IMG/VR virus record: IMGVR_UViG_3300025707_000003 | Location: 96,001-160,000 of that record | Direction: 5' to 3' (one strand) | Length of the DNA: 64,000 bases | DNA from: a virus | Lineage: Duplodnaviria > Caudoviricetes | Shown: in pieces, positions 27,574-38,400 of the stretch | Layout: each line of letters begins with the position of its first letter | Position numbering within the stretch: the first letter of the stretch is position 1 | The notes under the pieces: model-generated | Told to the model about the DNA's origin: nothing | Databases searched by the model: none | Seen by the model: the letters and a program-made list of their open reading frames with translations, nothing else | Position numbers and translations under genes: made by a program

Positions 27574-28863
27574 CTACAAAAGATCTGCGGCAATGTCAGA
27601 TAGCGTAGATCTCTCTGACTTATGTAAACTCACACACGCAAATAAAGGTTGACCCAACATACGCTCAATCACATACACAAGACCATTAGATTGCTTTGTG
27701 AGGTAAGGGTGATCAATCTGATAGGGATCACCTAAGAGAACTACTTTAGTTCCCTCAGCCGCTCTTGTGATGATTGATTTGATTTCATGCTTGGTGAGAT
27801 TCTGAGCTTCGTCAATAATCATAAAGGCTTGTTTAAGTGAGCGACCCCTAATGGAGTGGATTGGTTGGATCTCTATCTGATTCTTTTCAAGGAAACCTTC
27901 TTTAGTACCCATCTCTGCACCCATCGGACCAGCGTCCCACATTGGGTTGATCTGATCTAGGTTGTCAAAAAAGCTCTGCATCCAAGGCTCTAGTTTCTCG
28001 GAGAGAGAACCAGGCAAGAACCCGATGCCTTGACCGACATCAACTACAGGTTTAGAGAGTAGGATACGCTGATATGTATGAGCTTGCTCAAGAGCGGCAG
28101 CTAATGCAAGGAAGGTTTTGCCAGTACCTGCTTTACCTAAGAGACACACCAACTCAATGTCGGGATCTAAAAGAGCATCAAGAGAGGCTCTTTGTTCAAG
28201 ATTTCTAGGTTTGGCTTTTTCGGTACGCACTTTGTCTACATTAAAGAGAGATCCCTCTTTGTGTTGGAAAAGATGTTTTTTCTCACCTGGTGCAACAAAC
28301 CAAACATACTGATTTTCATGGAAATCTTCATCAAACTCATGTGGAAGTCTTACAGCACCTTGCCAATATGACTTAACCAATTGATTCATAAACTTTACAT
28401 CAGGTACAAAACCTTTTAACCCTATACCAGAGAGGGTGTCCAGACTTGTGTCCGAAGTGTAGTCAGAAGAATTAACCCCCACAGATTCACATATGATGCG
28501 TAGGTTGATATCTCTTGAAACGAGAGTCAGATCGTATTCGTCTTTGAGGTGAATAGCAGTTTGTAGAATAAGTAAATCTACATACCTAATCTGATTAGCT
28601 CGGTCTAAAGAACTTATGCTGAGTCCTCCTTCGTGTGATACAACTTTAACCTTATCTTCTGTTTGAAGTTTAAGGATAAGATTAGAGGCTTGACGAGCGA
28701 GATGTGCTACATGAGATTTCTCTCGTTTGGGTGTGTCTTTGAGAACATCAAGCTCCATGATTACATAGATTGGGATGAGGACTTCGGTATCATCTTCAAA
28801 AGAGGTCATAGAGGTAGGATCGTGTATTAACACACTAGTATCTAGCAAAACAGCCTTTGTCAT
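27574..28863 (-). CDS. phoH: PIN-PhoH (PhoH2/YlaK-like) ATPase
   Basis: N-terminal PIN (LLDTSVLIHDP..SRDINLRI), GKAGTGKT, RGRSL, IIDEAQN and LGDPYQID. Confidence 0.92.
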   Translation of the reverse strand: MTKAVLLDTSVLIHDPTSMTSFEDDTEVLIPIYVIMELDVLKDTPKREKSHVAHLARQASNLILKLQTEDKVKVVSHEGGLSISSLDRANQIRYVDLLILQTAIHLKDEYDLTLVSRDINLRIICESVGVNSSDYTSDTSLDTLSGIGLKGFVPDVKFMNQLVKSYWQGAVRLPHEFDEDFHENQYVWFVAPGEKKHLFQHKEGSLFNVDKVRTEKAKPRNLEQRASLDALLDPDIELVCLLGKAGTGKTFLALAAALEQAHTYQRILLSKPVVDVGQGIGFLPGSLSEKLEPWMQSFFDNLDQINPMWDAGPMGAEMGTKEGFLEKNQIEIQPIHSIRGRSLKQAFMIIDEAQNLTKHEIKSIITRAAEGTKVVLLGDPYQIDHPYLTKQSNGLVYVIERMLGQPLFACVSLHKSERSTLSDIAADLL

Positions 28864-28922
28864 GTGGACTCCATTCTGAGGGTAATTCTCCTCACCCTAT
28901 AAGCGAAAGGTATCTAAAGAAT

Positions 28923-29372
28923 ATGAAGCAGAAACATATCGAAATCCGAAAACAACAATGCTCTCTAATCGCCTCTGCAAGCACCTGTTGTCGGAGAAAA
29001 GTAGGTTCTGTGATCGTAGACCCACATTCTAATGTTGTTGTTAGTGAAGGATATAATGGACCACCAAGAGGAAGTAGTGGTGCCTTATGTGGTGGGTCTG
29101 ACTGTTTGCGTGATCGGTACAAAGTCAAAAGTGGAACTCAAAATGATGTTGGATGCCATCATGCAGAAATCAACGCAATCTTAAATGCCACTCGAAATGG
29201 TATGTCTACTATGGGTAAGTGGCTCTTCACCTCATGCGATCCATGTCTTATGTGTGCAAAGGCAATTCATCATGCAGGGATTATAAAGGTATATGCTCCT
29301 TTACAAACAGAGGTTCATCAAGAGGGGTTGATGTATTTTAAAAATAATCATGTAGAGACAGAGAGTCTTTAA
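28923..29372 (+). CDS. dCMP deaminase
   Basis: STCCRRKVGSVIV, GYNGPPRG, HAEINAI and DPCLMCAKAI. Confidence 0.92.
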   Translation: MKQKHIEIRKQQCSLIASASTCCRRKVGSVIVDPHSNVVVSEGYNGPPRGSSGALCGGSDCLRDRYKVKSGTQNDVGCHHAEINAILNATRNGMSTMGKWLFTSCDPCLMCAKAIHHAGIIKVYAPLQTEVHQEGLMYFKNNHVETESL

Positions 29373-29430
29373 TAGTTTGTTTATGATACTCGATATGTAG
29401 TGTCAGCTTTTCATTCAAAGGAGATCCTAC

Positions 29431-30492
29431 ATGGACAAAACACAAAGAGAACAACTACTCAAACTCGCTCAGAAAGATCCATCTTTCAAAGCGAAGCTCG
29501 TCAACATTCTTAAAACAGAGAAAATCGCTACTGCACTCAACACTGAAGATGCGGCTGCTTTTGCGGCTTGGGCTAAAATGTCAAACCCACAAGGTATGAG
29601 TGTAAATGAAGTCATTTCATACCTTACTAGAGCAGGTGTTAAAGTACGCCCTCAAGGTGAGTCAAGAGCACCAAATAAAAAAGGGCCTCTTGAGGTAGGT
29701 GAACTTGTAAAAGTTGATCCTTCAAAGTGCATCCACCCCGACAATAAGCGTAATTGTGGTGTGCTTGAGCATACACCAGATAATGAGCAGTATTGTTATG
29801 TCGTTGCTCGAATGGAACCAGCAGACCTTCGTGAACTTTGCACTTACCAAATCTCACCAATCGACACTAAGACTGGAAAAGTTGGAAGTAAGAAATTCGA
29901 GTTCAAAGCAGTTATGCCAGCAAGAGGTATTGCGGGTCTTACCAAGAAACTTGAAAAATCCGAAGCTAAAGGAGATACCACAGCAGTTGATCGTGTGCTT
30001 GGTGAGATGCGTGAAAAAGCTCTTGCACCCCATAATGGACATGGACTTTATCGTGCTTCTTTCAAGGATCTCGCTCACTACAAAAAAGTCATCAGCCAAC
30101 CAAAAGTAGGTGACTTTGTGATGGTATATGAGCGTGGTGGTAAACTCCCTGTGCCTTCTATTCGTAAACAATACGCAGAGAAATCAAATGTTGATCGTAC
30201 ACGCCAAACTCTCCTTAGTGGAGAATTTGATGATCTTGTAGAAGGTGGTCTTTCAGACTACGCTAAGATTTACTATGAGGGTCAAATGAAAGGTGCTGGA
30301 TACAGTCAAAAGGAGGAGTTCTACTTCCTTATGGACACTGTATCTCAAGGATTCACTAATGCTAATCCGACTGTAGGTACTGTGTACTACATCGCTAAAG
30401 CGTCCGATATGCCTTCTGAGAGGGAATGGAAAGATGATCTTCGTGCCCGTCTTAAAGCAGTCGTTGAGGAACACCTCAAAGGAAGCCTCTAA
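29431..30492 (+). CDS. Hypothetical protein, probably late or virion-associated
   Basis: Class B motif at 29372-84; first gene of the block leading to the terminase. Confidence 0.7.
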   Translation: MDKTQREQLLKLAQKDPSFKAKLVNILKTEKIATALNTEDAAAFAAWAKMSNPQGMSVNEVISYLTRAGVKVRPQGESRAPNKKGPLEVGELVKVDPSKCIHPDNKRNCGVLEHTPDNEQYCYVVARMEPADLRELCTYQISPIDTKTGKVGSKKFEFKAVMPARGIAGLTKKLEKSEAKGDTTAVDRVLGEMREKALAPHNGHGLYRASFKDLAHYKKVISQPKVGDFVMVYERGGKLPVPSIRKQYAEKSNVDRTRQTLLSGEFDDLVEGGLSDYAKIYYEGQMKGAGYSQKEEFYFLMDTVSQGFTNANPTVGTVYYIAKASDMPSEREWKDDLRARLKAVVEEHLKGSL

Positions 30493-30519
30493 GACTAGCT
30501 AGTTTTTAATAATCTATTT

Positions 30520-30558
30520 ATACTCTCTCTTTGTATGATTATTAGAAAGAGAGAGTAT
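30520..30558 (+). promoter_or_regulatory. Perfect 13-bp hairpin over the RBS of the 30560 gene
   Basis: atactctctcttt pairs with aaagagagagtat. Confidence 0.65.
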
Positions 30559-30559
30559 T

Positions 30560-31177
30560 ATGACAAAGGCGAACCCTAGAGCAGTAGCTGAACGCTATCT
30601 GCTTATAAAGCAAGCTCGTAGGATCACTGCCAGATCAAAGACAGCAGGTAGGGTTAAAACTGCTGGTGAAGTTCGCTTCATTAAAGATCATGGTGATGAT
30701 TCAAATGCGTGGGCTTGGGGACAACACCCACCTAGCCAACGCATTATGGACTCAAACCATATCTTCAATAAAAAGAGCACGAAGAACATAGCTAAAGTTC
30801 TTCGATCTACTTTATCTTCTCTTGGTCATGCGATGAGTGCATACACTACATTCGCTAAGATCAAGTCGAGGGATATTAGCCCCGATGGTAATCTTGGTGG
30901 TCGTGGGTATATCATGGAGATTAAAGCGATTCGTAGACAATATATGAATGTTGTAGAAGCTCTCTCTGCTATGTCTGATACACTCTATGATGAGATTACT
31001 GCTGACCATTGGAAAGTAGAACAGAGTAAAATGCTCAATCAAGTTATGGAAGAGGTTGAGGATATTAAAGATGACCCAGAAGCATGGGCTGTCGAAGTAG
31101 AAGAAGCACCAAAAGACCCAAAAAATGAGGAACTAACTAGAGACTTTAGTTCGCCTCGACCTCGAAAGGATACCTAA
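30560..31177 (+). CDS. Hypothetical protein, probably virion-associated
   Basis: N-terminus rich in K/R-x-A motifs (KQA, RITA, KTA, KTA). Confidence 0.7.
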   Translation: MTKANPRAVAERYLLIKQARRITARSKTAGRVKTAGEVRFIKDHGDDSNAWAWGQHPPSQRIMDSNHIFNKKSTKNIAKVLRSTLSSLGHAMSAYTTFAKIKSRDISPDGNLGGRGYIMEIKAIRRQYMNVVEALSAMSDTLYDEITADHWKVEQSKMLNQVMEEVEDIKDDPEAWAVEVEEAPKDPKNEELTRDFSSPRPRKDT

Positions 31178-31178
31178 A

Positions 31179-34046
31179 ATGAGTAAGAATAAAAGTCATA
31201 TGCCTAATGGTGGATACACCCTTACTCATGGGTCGAACTATATGATGGATGGATTCCACTTCGACACTGAATATGGTGGAGGACCCCAAGAAAAAGCTCG
31301 GCTACCCGAAGCAAAAGGGTTAGCTGATCTTCCAAGTGGAATGATCCCACTTGACAGTTCTGGTGTCTCGATGATTCCCGATGGAGTAGAACATCAAGCA
31401 GATCTTAATATGGACGAGATCACTCGTGAAGCAACTCAAGATGTGTCTTTAGTAGATCACTCATGGCTCGCTTCACAGCCAGAACCCGACCTAAGTGGTA
31501 TGAACGAGATGGAACAGGTTTATAAAGACCTCGCTGACGGACACATGAATAATGAATCTAATAATCAGCTCAAAGTACTTGAAAAGTCATGGGGTCAAAC
31601 AAGCACTACAGGTCTTGACATTATCCCCAATGAGAATAGACGACACGCTCCATATAGGAATACCTATAGTGATGAGCAATCTAATTTACCTGGTGATGAC
31701 TATCGTGAAGAGATGGAGCGTAACATCCGTAAGCTCGCTTATGGACACCCTATGAATGTCGTACTCTCTGAGGTAGATGAGTCTCAAGTCCTAGAGGTTA
31801 AAATCAAGCTCGCTTCTGAGTACGGTCTACATGGTCGTGTTTATGTTAAAGAAGAACACTTTCCTGGTCTTTTCAATGGTCGGTGGGACGAAGTTATCAA
31901 CAAGCGTTGTGCTACTGCAATGTATATCATCCCTAAAAACAAAGACTGTGCCTTTGATCGCTTCTTAGGTATGCAAGTCGTTAATGAGATCCCTTGGAAA
32001 AAAGCCTCTAAGAATCTACTCCCTAAGTTAGAATCTTATGGCGTTCGTCTTGCATCAGGGTCTGCTAAAACTCGTTTAAAGAAAGCCTTTATTGACCTCC
32101 TTGAAGGTAGGGTCGCTCGACAAGACAAATCAGCGACATGGTTTCCGACACAGATCGACCAATCTAGCCTTATCTCTCTTGACCATGCTCGAAGAGAACT
32201 AGAGGACGCTAGAGAGGAAAACATCTTCGTTGCTTCATATGAAGATGTTGAGCAATCAAAAATAGATAAAAAACTCAATAGGATCGCAAGTCAACTCGTC
32301 AATCAAGGATTTCTTGAGGGTGAGCAGGTAACAGCAGTTGTGGAGTCTAATAGGACAAGCTCAAAGAAGATCGAAAGACTTTATGAGTTAGCGAGTATAC
32401 CTGTGGACTCTAGCTCTTATGATGGTCAAGGCATAGGTGCTAAAACTCATACCCCACATAAAAGCAAGATCGAAGAGAACTTTAAGACTCGCTCTCAACT
32501 GAACCTCGAACAACGACACGCTTCTGCTAAAGATAAAATTGGTCGTATCGTTAAAGCAAGAATGATTACAGCCCAAGAAGCATCTTCGATTTCCTCAAGA
32601 CAAGAAACACCAGAAGATAAAGTTAAAGCAGTATTCAATCATATCGCTAAAAACATCAAAAACCTAGCTTCTACTTATGAAGGTCAAGGTACTGATGTGA
32701 AACTATTGCTCCCTACTAGAAGTGACATTCAGAGCGACTTTAAGACTCGCTCAGAGATCACTATGGAGCAAAGGTTTGCTAGAGCGAAAGATAAGATTGC
32801 TCGCATAGTTAAAGCTGGTCTTATTTCAGCTCAAGAGGCGAACACAGTGATCGCCAAACATAAGACACCTGAAGATAAGGTTCGTGCTGTCTTTAATAGT
32901 ATCGCACACAAGGTAGATGATTACTCTGATTATGAAGGTCATGGTAAGAACGCTTCGTACCATAATATGCGTAAACATCGGACAAACGCAGATGTGTATA
33001 TACCTCAAAAAGGCGTTCGTGAACTCGCTCATAGACAAAAGATGGCTATGGAGCAGTTGTCGAACCTCGTAACCTCTGGATTGATCACTGTTGAAAAAAT
33101 ACAAGAAGTATCTAAAGGCAAAACACCAGAAGATAAGGTCGCCTCTGTACTAAGGTATATCGCAAAACCTATCGAATCGAAAGATTATGATGGTGTGGTT
33201 TCTACGGCACATATCATAACTGCTAGAAACAAACTACCAACCGAGAATGTGAAAGCAACTTCGGTATCTGAGGGCAGGAAGATCGCTTCTAAAGTGGATG
33301 TTTACATCTCAAACGGTCTTATCTCAAAAGAAGATGCTAGTCATGCCTTTACCCTTAAAGGTTCTGAAAAGTTCAAAGAGCTTTATCGCCTTGTCGTTAA
33401 AGGTGCTTCAGCTAAGAAGTCTGACTTCAAAGGTCAAAAGTTTGAAGCTCACATTGCGAAAAGAGCTTCTGCACCAACCAAGACTGCACATGAAGCACAG
33501 TCAGATAAAGTAGCAACATGGCTTCGTCAAAAAATCAGCGAGGGTTCAGCAGGAGAAGAGTTAGATGCCTTACTCCCAGCTCGCTTCTCACAGGACATCT
33601 TGAAATCTCATTCTGATCGTATTGCCTCTGTTAGATCTAAACATGAAGGTCTATCGGGTCATGCTTATGTCGATGCTACTGCCTACATGACAAAAGGAAC
33701 AGACGGATGTGATAAAGGGGCGTTAGTTCATAGGGCTAACCAAATCCCTACTCTTCTCAAGACCTCAAAATGTGGTTCGTGTGTATTCAACACAGATGGG
33801 ACTTGTCAGAAATATAACAAGCTTATCATCGCTTCAGCAGATGAAATCGTTGAAAGTCCTCAGTCTTATCAACAGGAGATGATAAGACTGGCTAATGCAA
33901 GTGATAGTGAGCAAACAGCATCACTATTTGTTAATAACTATGACGCTAATGAGTTTAACTTAACTGCAAGTGATGAGGTGTCTATTGACGATGCCCCTTC
34001 AAATGAACAGTTAGGAGATGTTCTCTTTGGTGGCTTTGAATTATAA
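31179..34046 (+). CDS. 955-aa protein with internal ~70-aa helical repeats, probably structural
   Basis: Repeats of KDKI.RIVKA.LI.AQEA......TPEDKV..VF..IA......YEG; Cys-rich C-terminus. Confidence 0.7.
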   Translation: MSKNKSHMPNGGYTLTHGSNYMMDGFHFDTEYGGGPQEKARLPEAKGLADLPSGMIPLDSSGVSMIPDGVEHQADLNMDEITREATQDVSLVDHSWLASQPEPDLSGMNEMEQVYKDLADGHMNNESNNQLKVLEKSWGQTSTTGLDIIPNENRRHAPYRNTYSDEQSNLPGDDYREEMERNIRKLAYGHPMNVVLSEVDESQVLEVKIKLASEYGLHGRVYVKEEHFPGLFNGRWDEVINKRCATAMYIIPKNKDCAFDRFLGMQVVNEIPWKKASKNLLPKLESYGVRLASGSAKTRLKKAFIDLLEGRVARQDKSATWFPTQIDQSSLISLDHARRELEDAREENIFVASYEDVEQSKIDKKLNRIASQLVNQGFLEGEQVTAVVESNRTSSKKIERLYELASIPVDSSSYDGQGIGAKTHTPHKSKIEENFKTRSQLNLEQRHASAKDKIGRIVKARMITAQEASSISSRQETPEDKVKAVFNHIAKNIKNLASTYEGQGTDVKLLLPTRSDIQSDFKTRSEITMEQRFARAKDKIARIVKAGLISAQEANTVIAKHKTPEDKVRAVFNSIAHKVDDYSDYEGHGKNASYHNMRKHRTNADVYIPQKGVRELAHRQKMAMEQLSNLVTSGLITVEKIQEVSKGKTPEDKVASVLRYIAKPIESKDYDGVVSTAHIITARNKLPTENVKATSVSEGRKIASKVDVYISNGLISKEDASHAFTLKGSEKFKELYRLVVKGASAKKSDFKGQKFEAHIAKRASAPTKTAHEAQSDKVATWLRQKISEGSAGEELDALLPARFSQDILKSHSDRIASVRSKHEGLSGHAYVDATAYMTKGTDGCDKGALVHRANQIPTLLKTSKCGSCVFNTDGTCQKYNKLIIASADEIVESPQSYQQEMIRLANASDSEQTASLFVNNYDANEFNLTASDEVSIDDAPSNEQLGDVLFGGFEL

Positions 34047-34057
34047 GGAGATAAGAT

Positions 34058-34723
34058 ATGCTTTCCTCTTACAGTCGTAGGGTCGTTGCTTCCCCTCAGT
34101 TCAAAATGCTCGTTGCTCATTTAAAGAAGTCCTCTGACCCATCAAAAGGAGAAGCAGGAAATCCCGAACCAATTCGTCAAGTTTTTGAAACACAAGTGAT
34201 CACCACTAATATGGGTACTGCTGTACTTGGTAATATAGACGCAAGCACTAACCAAGTACGCATTAAGGTAGAGACAACTGACTTCGGTAATGAGAATCTC
34301 GGCAACGCTCCACCCTTTTATGATCAAGACATTATTCAAGTTCAAACATCTGGATATATTGATGTTGATCGGATCAATGCCCTTAAAGCAGGAACTCACT
34401 TTGGTCGAGGTGAAGGCGAGAGTGCAGGTAACATCAATGATGTAGCCTCTGATCTCGCTCTCGTTTTAAATGACTCGGTGACCGATATTACTGCGAGTGT
34501 AGACCCCCAAAATCTTAACCATGTTCTTGTGCGTAGTAATGAAGTTTCATCCGCTTTATTTATCAAAGTATATAGCTTCTCTTACTTACTCTTAGCAGGC
34601 ACACCTCCTTTTATTATTGAAGATATGGATGGCAACACCCTTTATGACCCGACAGCTACAGAAGGTGGTGCAGGTGTTCTTTTAGTGCGACCGAATGGTA
34701 TATTACCTATGAATGAGTCCTAA
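34058..34723 (+). CDS. Hypothetical protein, probably virion-associated
   Basis: AAGGAG RBS; lies in the operon upstream of the terminase. Confidence 0.7.
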   Translation: MLSSYSRRVVASPQFKMLVAHLKKSSDPSKGEAGNPEPIRQVFETQVITTNMGTAVLGNIDASTNQVRIKVETTDFGNENLGNAPPFYDQDIIQVQTSGYIDVDRINALKAGTHFGRGEGESAGNINDVASDLALVLNDSVTDITASVDPQNLNHVLVRSNEVSSALFIKVYSFSYLLLAGTPPFIIEDMDGNTLYDPTATEGGAGVLLVRPNGILPMNES

Positions 34724-34741
34724 TAAGTTAAGGAGGTTTAT

Positions 34742-35428
34742 ATGTCAATCCCCATACCAGCGGGTGCTACAAGAGTTCAAGTAGAAGATGAGTATGGTAA
34801 ACTAATTTGGCGAAAGCCCTCCGAAATCCTAGACACCGACACAATACGCATTAACTTTAAGACAGGCGAACCTTACGCTATGTTTGGTAAGCCAGGTCAA
34901 CCAAGTTCTAATAGTGCAAATGTCAAACAAACACCTGTAAATACACCTTATATACATCCATCAAACCCACAGGCAAACATCAATCAACTACAGCAACGCA
35001 AACAAGCGAAACTAAATAGCGATGCTGTATTTGATCAGACAAAGAAAAATGCCGATTCCTCTGAGGTATTGACTAATGTATTAGTTGGTTTAGCAGAAGA
35101 GTCTGCCTCACTTGCTTTTGAAAGAGAAGAAGCAGAGCGTAGGGGTGAATCCACATCTCAGATTTCTCTAAGGAGAGTAAATGCCTTAAAAGCTGTGGGT
35201 GACACTTGGATCAAGAAAAAAGAGATAATGTCGTCTAAATCCTTAGACTTAGAGTCTAAAGCTTTTAGGCAAGTTTTTGGACACATCGCTGAAACATTCC
35301 GTAAAGCGTGTGATGAAGCAGGGGTAAGACCCGAACTAGCAGAGAGTGTTTTTGCTACCTTCGGAAAGATGGTAGATGACCCAGATTGGATGCAAGACGC
35401 TAAAAAGGCTATGGAGCGTGAGAAATAA
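34742..35428 (+). CDS. Putative terminase small subunit
   Basis: Position only: helical protein coupled to TerL by a TAATG overlap. Confidence 0.4.
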   Translation: MSIPIPAGATRVQVEDEYGKLIWRKPSEILDTDTIRINFKTGEPYAMFGKPGQPSSNSANVKQTPVNTPYIHPSNPQANINQLQQRKQAKLNSDAVFDQTKKNADSSEVLTNVLVGLAEESASLAFEREEAERRGESTSQISLRRVNALKAVGDTWIKKKEIMSSKSLDLESKAFRQVFGHIAETFRKACDEAGVRPELAESVFATFGKMVDDPDWMQDAKKAMEREK

Positions 35429-38400
35429 TGAGTTTATCTTCGGTTGCGATCTCTGCAAGTGCTAGGGCAGGTAAGAAATCAGAAAAAGACGCAGACATCA
35501 TAGAATTTGTGGAAGCATCTTGGGGATTAAAGATGACTTTGTTTCCCGTACAAAGGGTAATCCTTAAAGCACATTATGGTCTTGAGCTTGATGATGAAAA
35601 GACATTTGAAATATCTGATTGGACTAGGACCAAAATAGAGACACATACCGAGAAATCATATCTTCGTAAGATATATGAAGATGGTCGTTGCAATATAGGT
35701 GAGGTAATACCTGGGAAACAACGAAGAGAAATGATCCTCTCTATTGGTCGTAGGTCTGGTAAATGTGTGACAGGTGAGACACTCATACCCACAAATAAAG
35801 GATTGGTTCGGATTGACTCTTTAGGTGATCCCAACGGGGATGAAATACAACCACTACAAGTTAATGTCGCACAAGAGTGTGGGACAACCTCTAGGTCGGC
35901 TTATTTTTATAACGGAGGTGTTAAACCTACTAAATACCTAGAGACATTCTGTGGGTACAGGATCGAGGGTACAGGAAATCATCGCATTAAAGTGATGACT
36001 CCCGAATGTAAGATCGAATGGAAGTATCTTGAAGAGATTGAAAATGGTGATGTGGCTTGCATCAATAGATCCAGTCAGCTTTGGTCTAATGACTATGTGG
36101 ATGTAAGTCAGCACCACACTGAAAAAGATCAACCTAAATATCTTGATGAAACTTGGGGAGAGTTATTAGGATTATTAGCAGGTGACGGTCACTGGACAAA
36201 TGAGAAAGCAGTTGGTATAACAGTAGGTGAGAAAGCCTTTGAGCCTTACCTTATGTCTTTATTTCGTAACCTCTTTGGGAAAGTCTCTTATCACCCAGAT
36301 AAGCGTAAGGTTGATGTCGGTCAAGTGTTAGCCTACGGGAAAGACCTAAGAAAGTTCCTCGATAACTTAGGTTGGGTAATCGACTGCACGACTAGAACTA
36401 AAAGTGTTCCACATACAGTCCTTAAATCCCCTATGTCTGTAGTATGTGCTTTCCTTAGAGGACTCTTTGAAACAGATGGTTCGGCTTATGACTCTGCCAT
36501 TACTCTTTCTACTGCTTCTTATCAACTCGCACATGAAGTACAACTTTTATTACTAAATGTCGGAATCGTATCCAATCTCTCTAAAAGCAACCGAGAAGAT
36601 AGAACAGAACATCGAATAAGAGTCAAAGGATCAAAGTCTAAGAGACTTTTCGCTAGACACATAGGGTTCATATCAGAAAGAAAGAAAAAGTGCCTTGAAG
36701 GGGTATTATCAACAGTCTCTTATAGGGGAGGTAATGAAGGAGTACCATTCTTTTACGAGTATGTTGAACGACTAAAGAAGTTCCACCCCTATCTCAAACA
36801 TGACTTAAGTCCTACAACTAAATACACACCCTATTGGAAGATCAAGAAGGTCGCAGACCATTCGGGTTTAAATCAGACCACAAAGTCTCAACTATATAAC
36901 CTCATCGACCGCGATTACTTTTTCGACCCTATCATCAAAGTAGAACAGCGTGAAGCTCATGTCTTTGATCTGAATGTGCCTAATGGATCAATGTTTATCG
37001 GCAATGGGTTCACTAACCATAATACTACGATTTCAGCCTGTATCGCCGCTTATGAAACCTACAAGTTGATCAAAAAAGAAAACCCACAAAAGTTTTATGG
37101 ACTACCCGCAAGTAATAATATCCAAATCATCTCGGTCGCCACAGATAAAGACCAAGCAGGTTTGCTTTACCAAGAAGTATCAGGTCATTATCGCTCCTGT
37201 GCTTTTTTTGGCCCCTACACTGCAAATAATACTCTCTCCTATGCCAGATTCCAAACACCAGCAGATGTAGAGAAGTATGGTAGATACATTGAGAACCAAG
37301 ACGCTAAAGCTACTCTTAAAATCACCTTTAGATCTTGTGTCGCTAAAGGTCTTCGTGGTGCAGGTAATATATGCGTCATTCTTGATGAGGTTGCTCACTT
37401 TACTGAAACGGGTCAATCGGGAGCAGAGGAAGTATATAACGCTGTTGTACCATCGACATCTGCTTATTCAGCTAAAGACCCAGAGAACCCAACGATCCCT
37501 ATTGGTGAAGTAGAGGGTCGTATCATTCTTATCTCTTCACCTTTGGGTAAACAAGGTCTGTTCTATAACCTCTTTATGATTGGTATGGGTGGTGGTCGGG
37601 CAGGAGATAATATCCTCGCTGTCCAAGCACCTACTTGGGAAGTAAATCCCACTGTACCTGCACAAGAGTTCGAGAAGCATTACCTCAAGAATGCGGCAGT
37701 CTTCTTCACAGAGTATGGTGGGGAGTTCACAGACAGAACAAGAGGGTGGATTACTGACGAGCGTGATCTATTATCTTGTATTGACCCTCAGTTAAAACCA
37801 CAAATGGGAGCACCAGCTAGAAAACCGCACTTTATGGGAATCGACTTGGGTCTTGTAGGTGACGGAACCGCAATTGCTATTGGACATCTCGAAGGTGAAG
37901 AAATCGTTGTAGATCTCGTAGCTCAAATTAAAGCAGGAGAGGGTATCTATCACGATAAAGAACGATTGGAGTTTGATGATGTCGCGGATTGGGTACTAGA
38001 GTTTACAAAGAAGTTTTATATTCAAGAGGGAATGTTTGACCAATGGGCAGGGATTCCTTTCCAACAGGCACTTGAAAAGCGAGGTCTAAAAAACCTCAAA
38101 TCTACTAATATGACTAAACAGATCACCTCACAAATGTATCAGAACTTTAAGGACATGATGTGGGATCAAAAGGTCAAACTCTACAATCGACCTAACTATG
38201 AAACAGAAGGACATGAACCGTATATCCAAGAACTCTTAGAGCTTCAACAAACGGTGCATGGTAAACACCTCATAACTGTCGAAGCTCCACAAACTAAAGG
38301 TAAACATGACGATATGTCGGACGCAATTGTACGCATGGCATGGCTCGCCTCTAATAACATCGGCAAAGGGCGATACTTCGCTTCAGGGTCTAAAGGAAGT

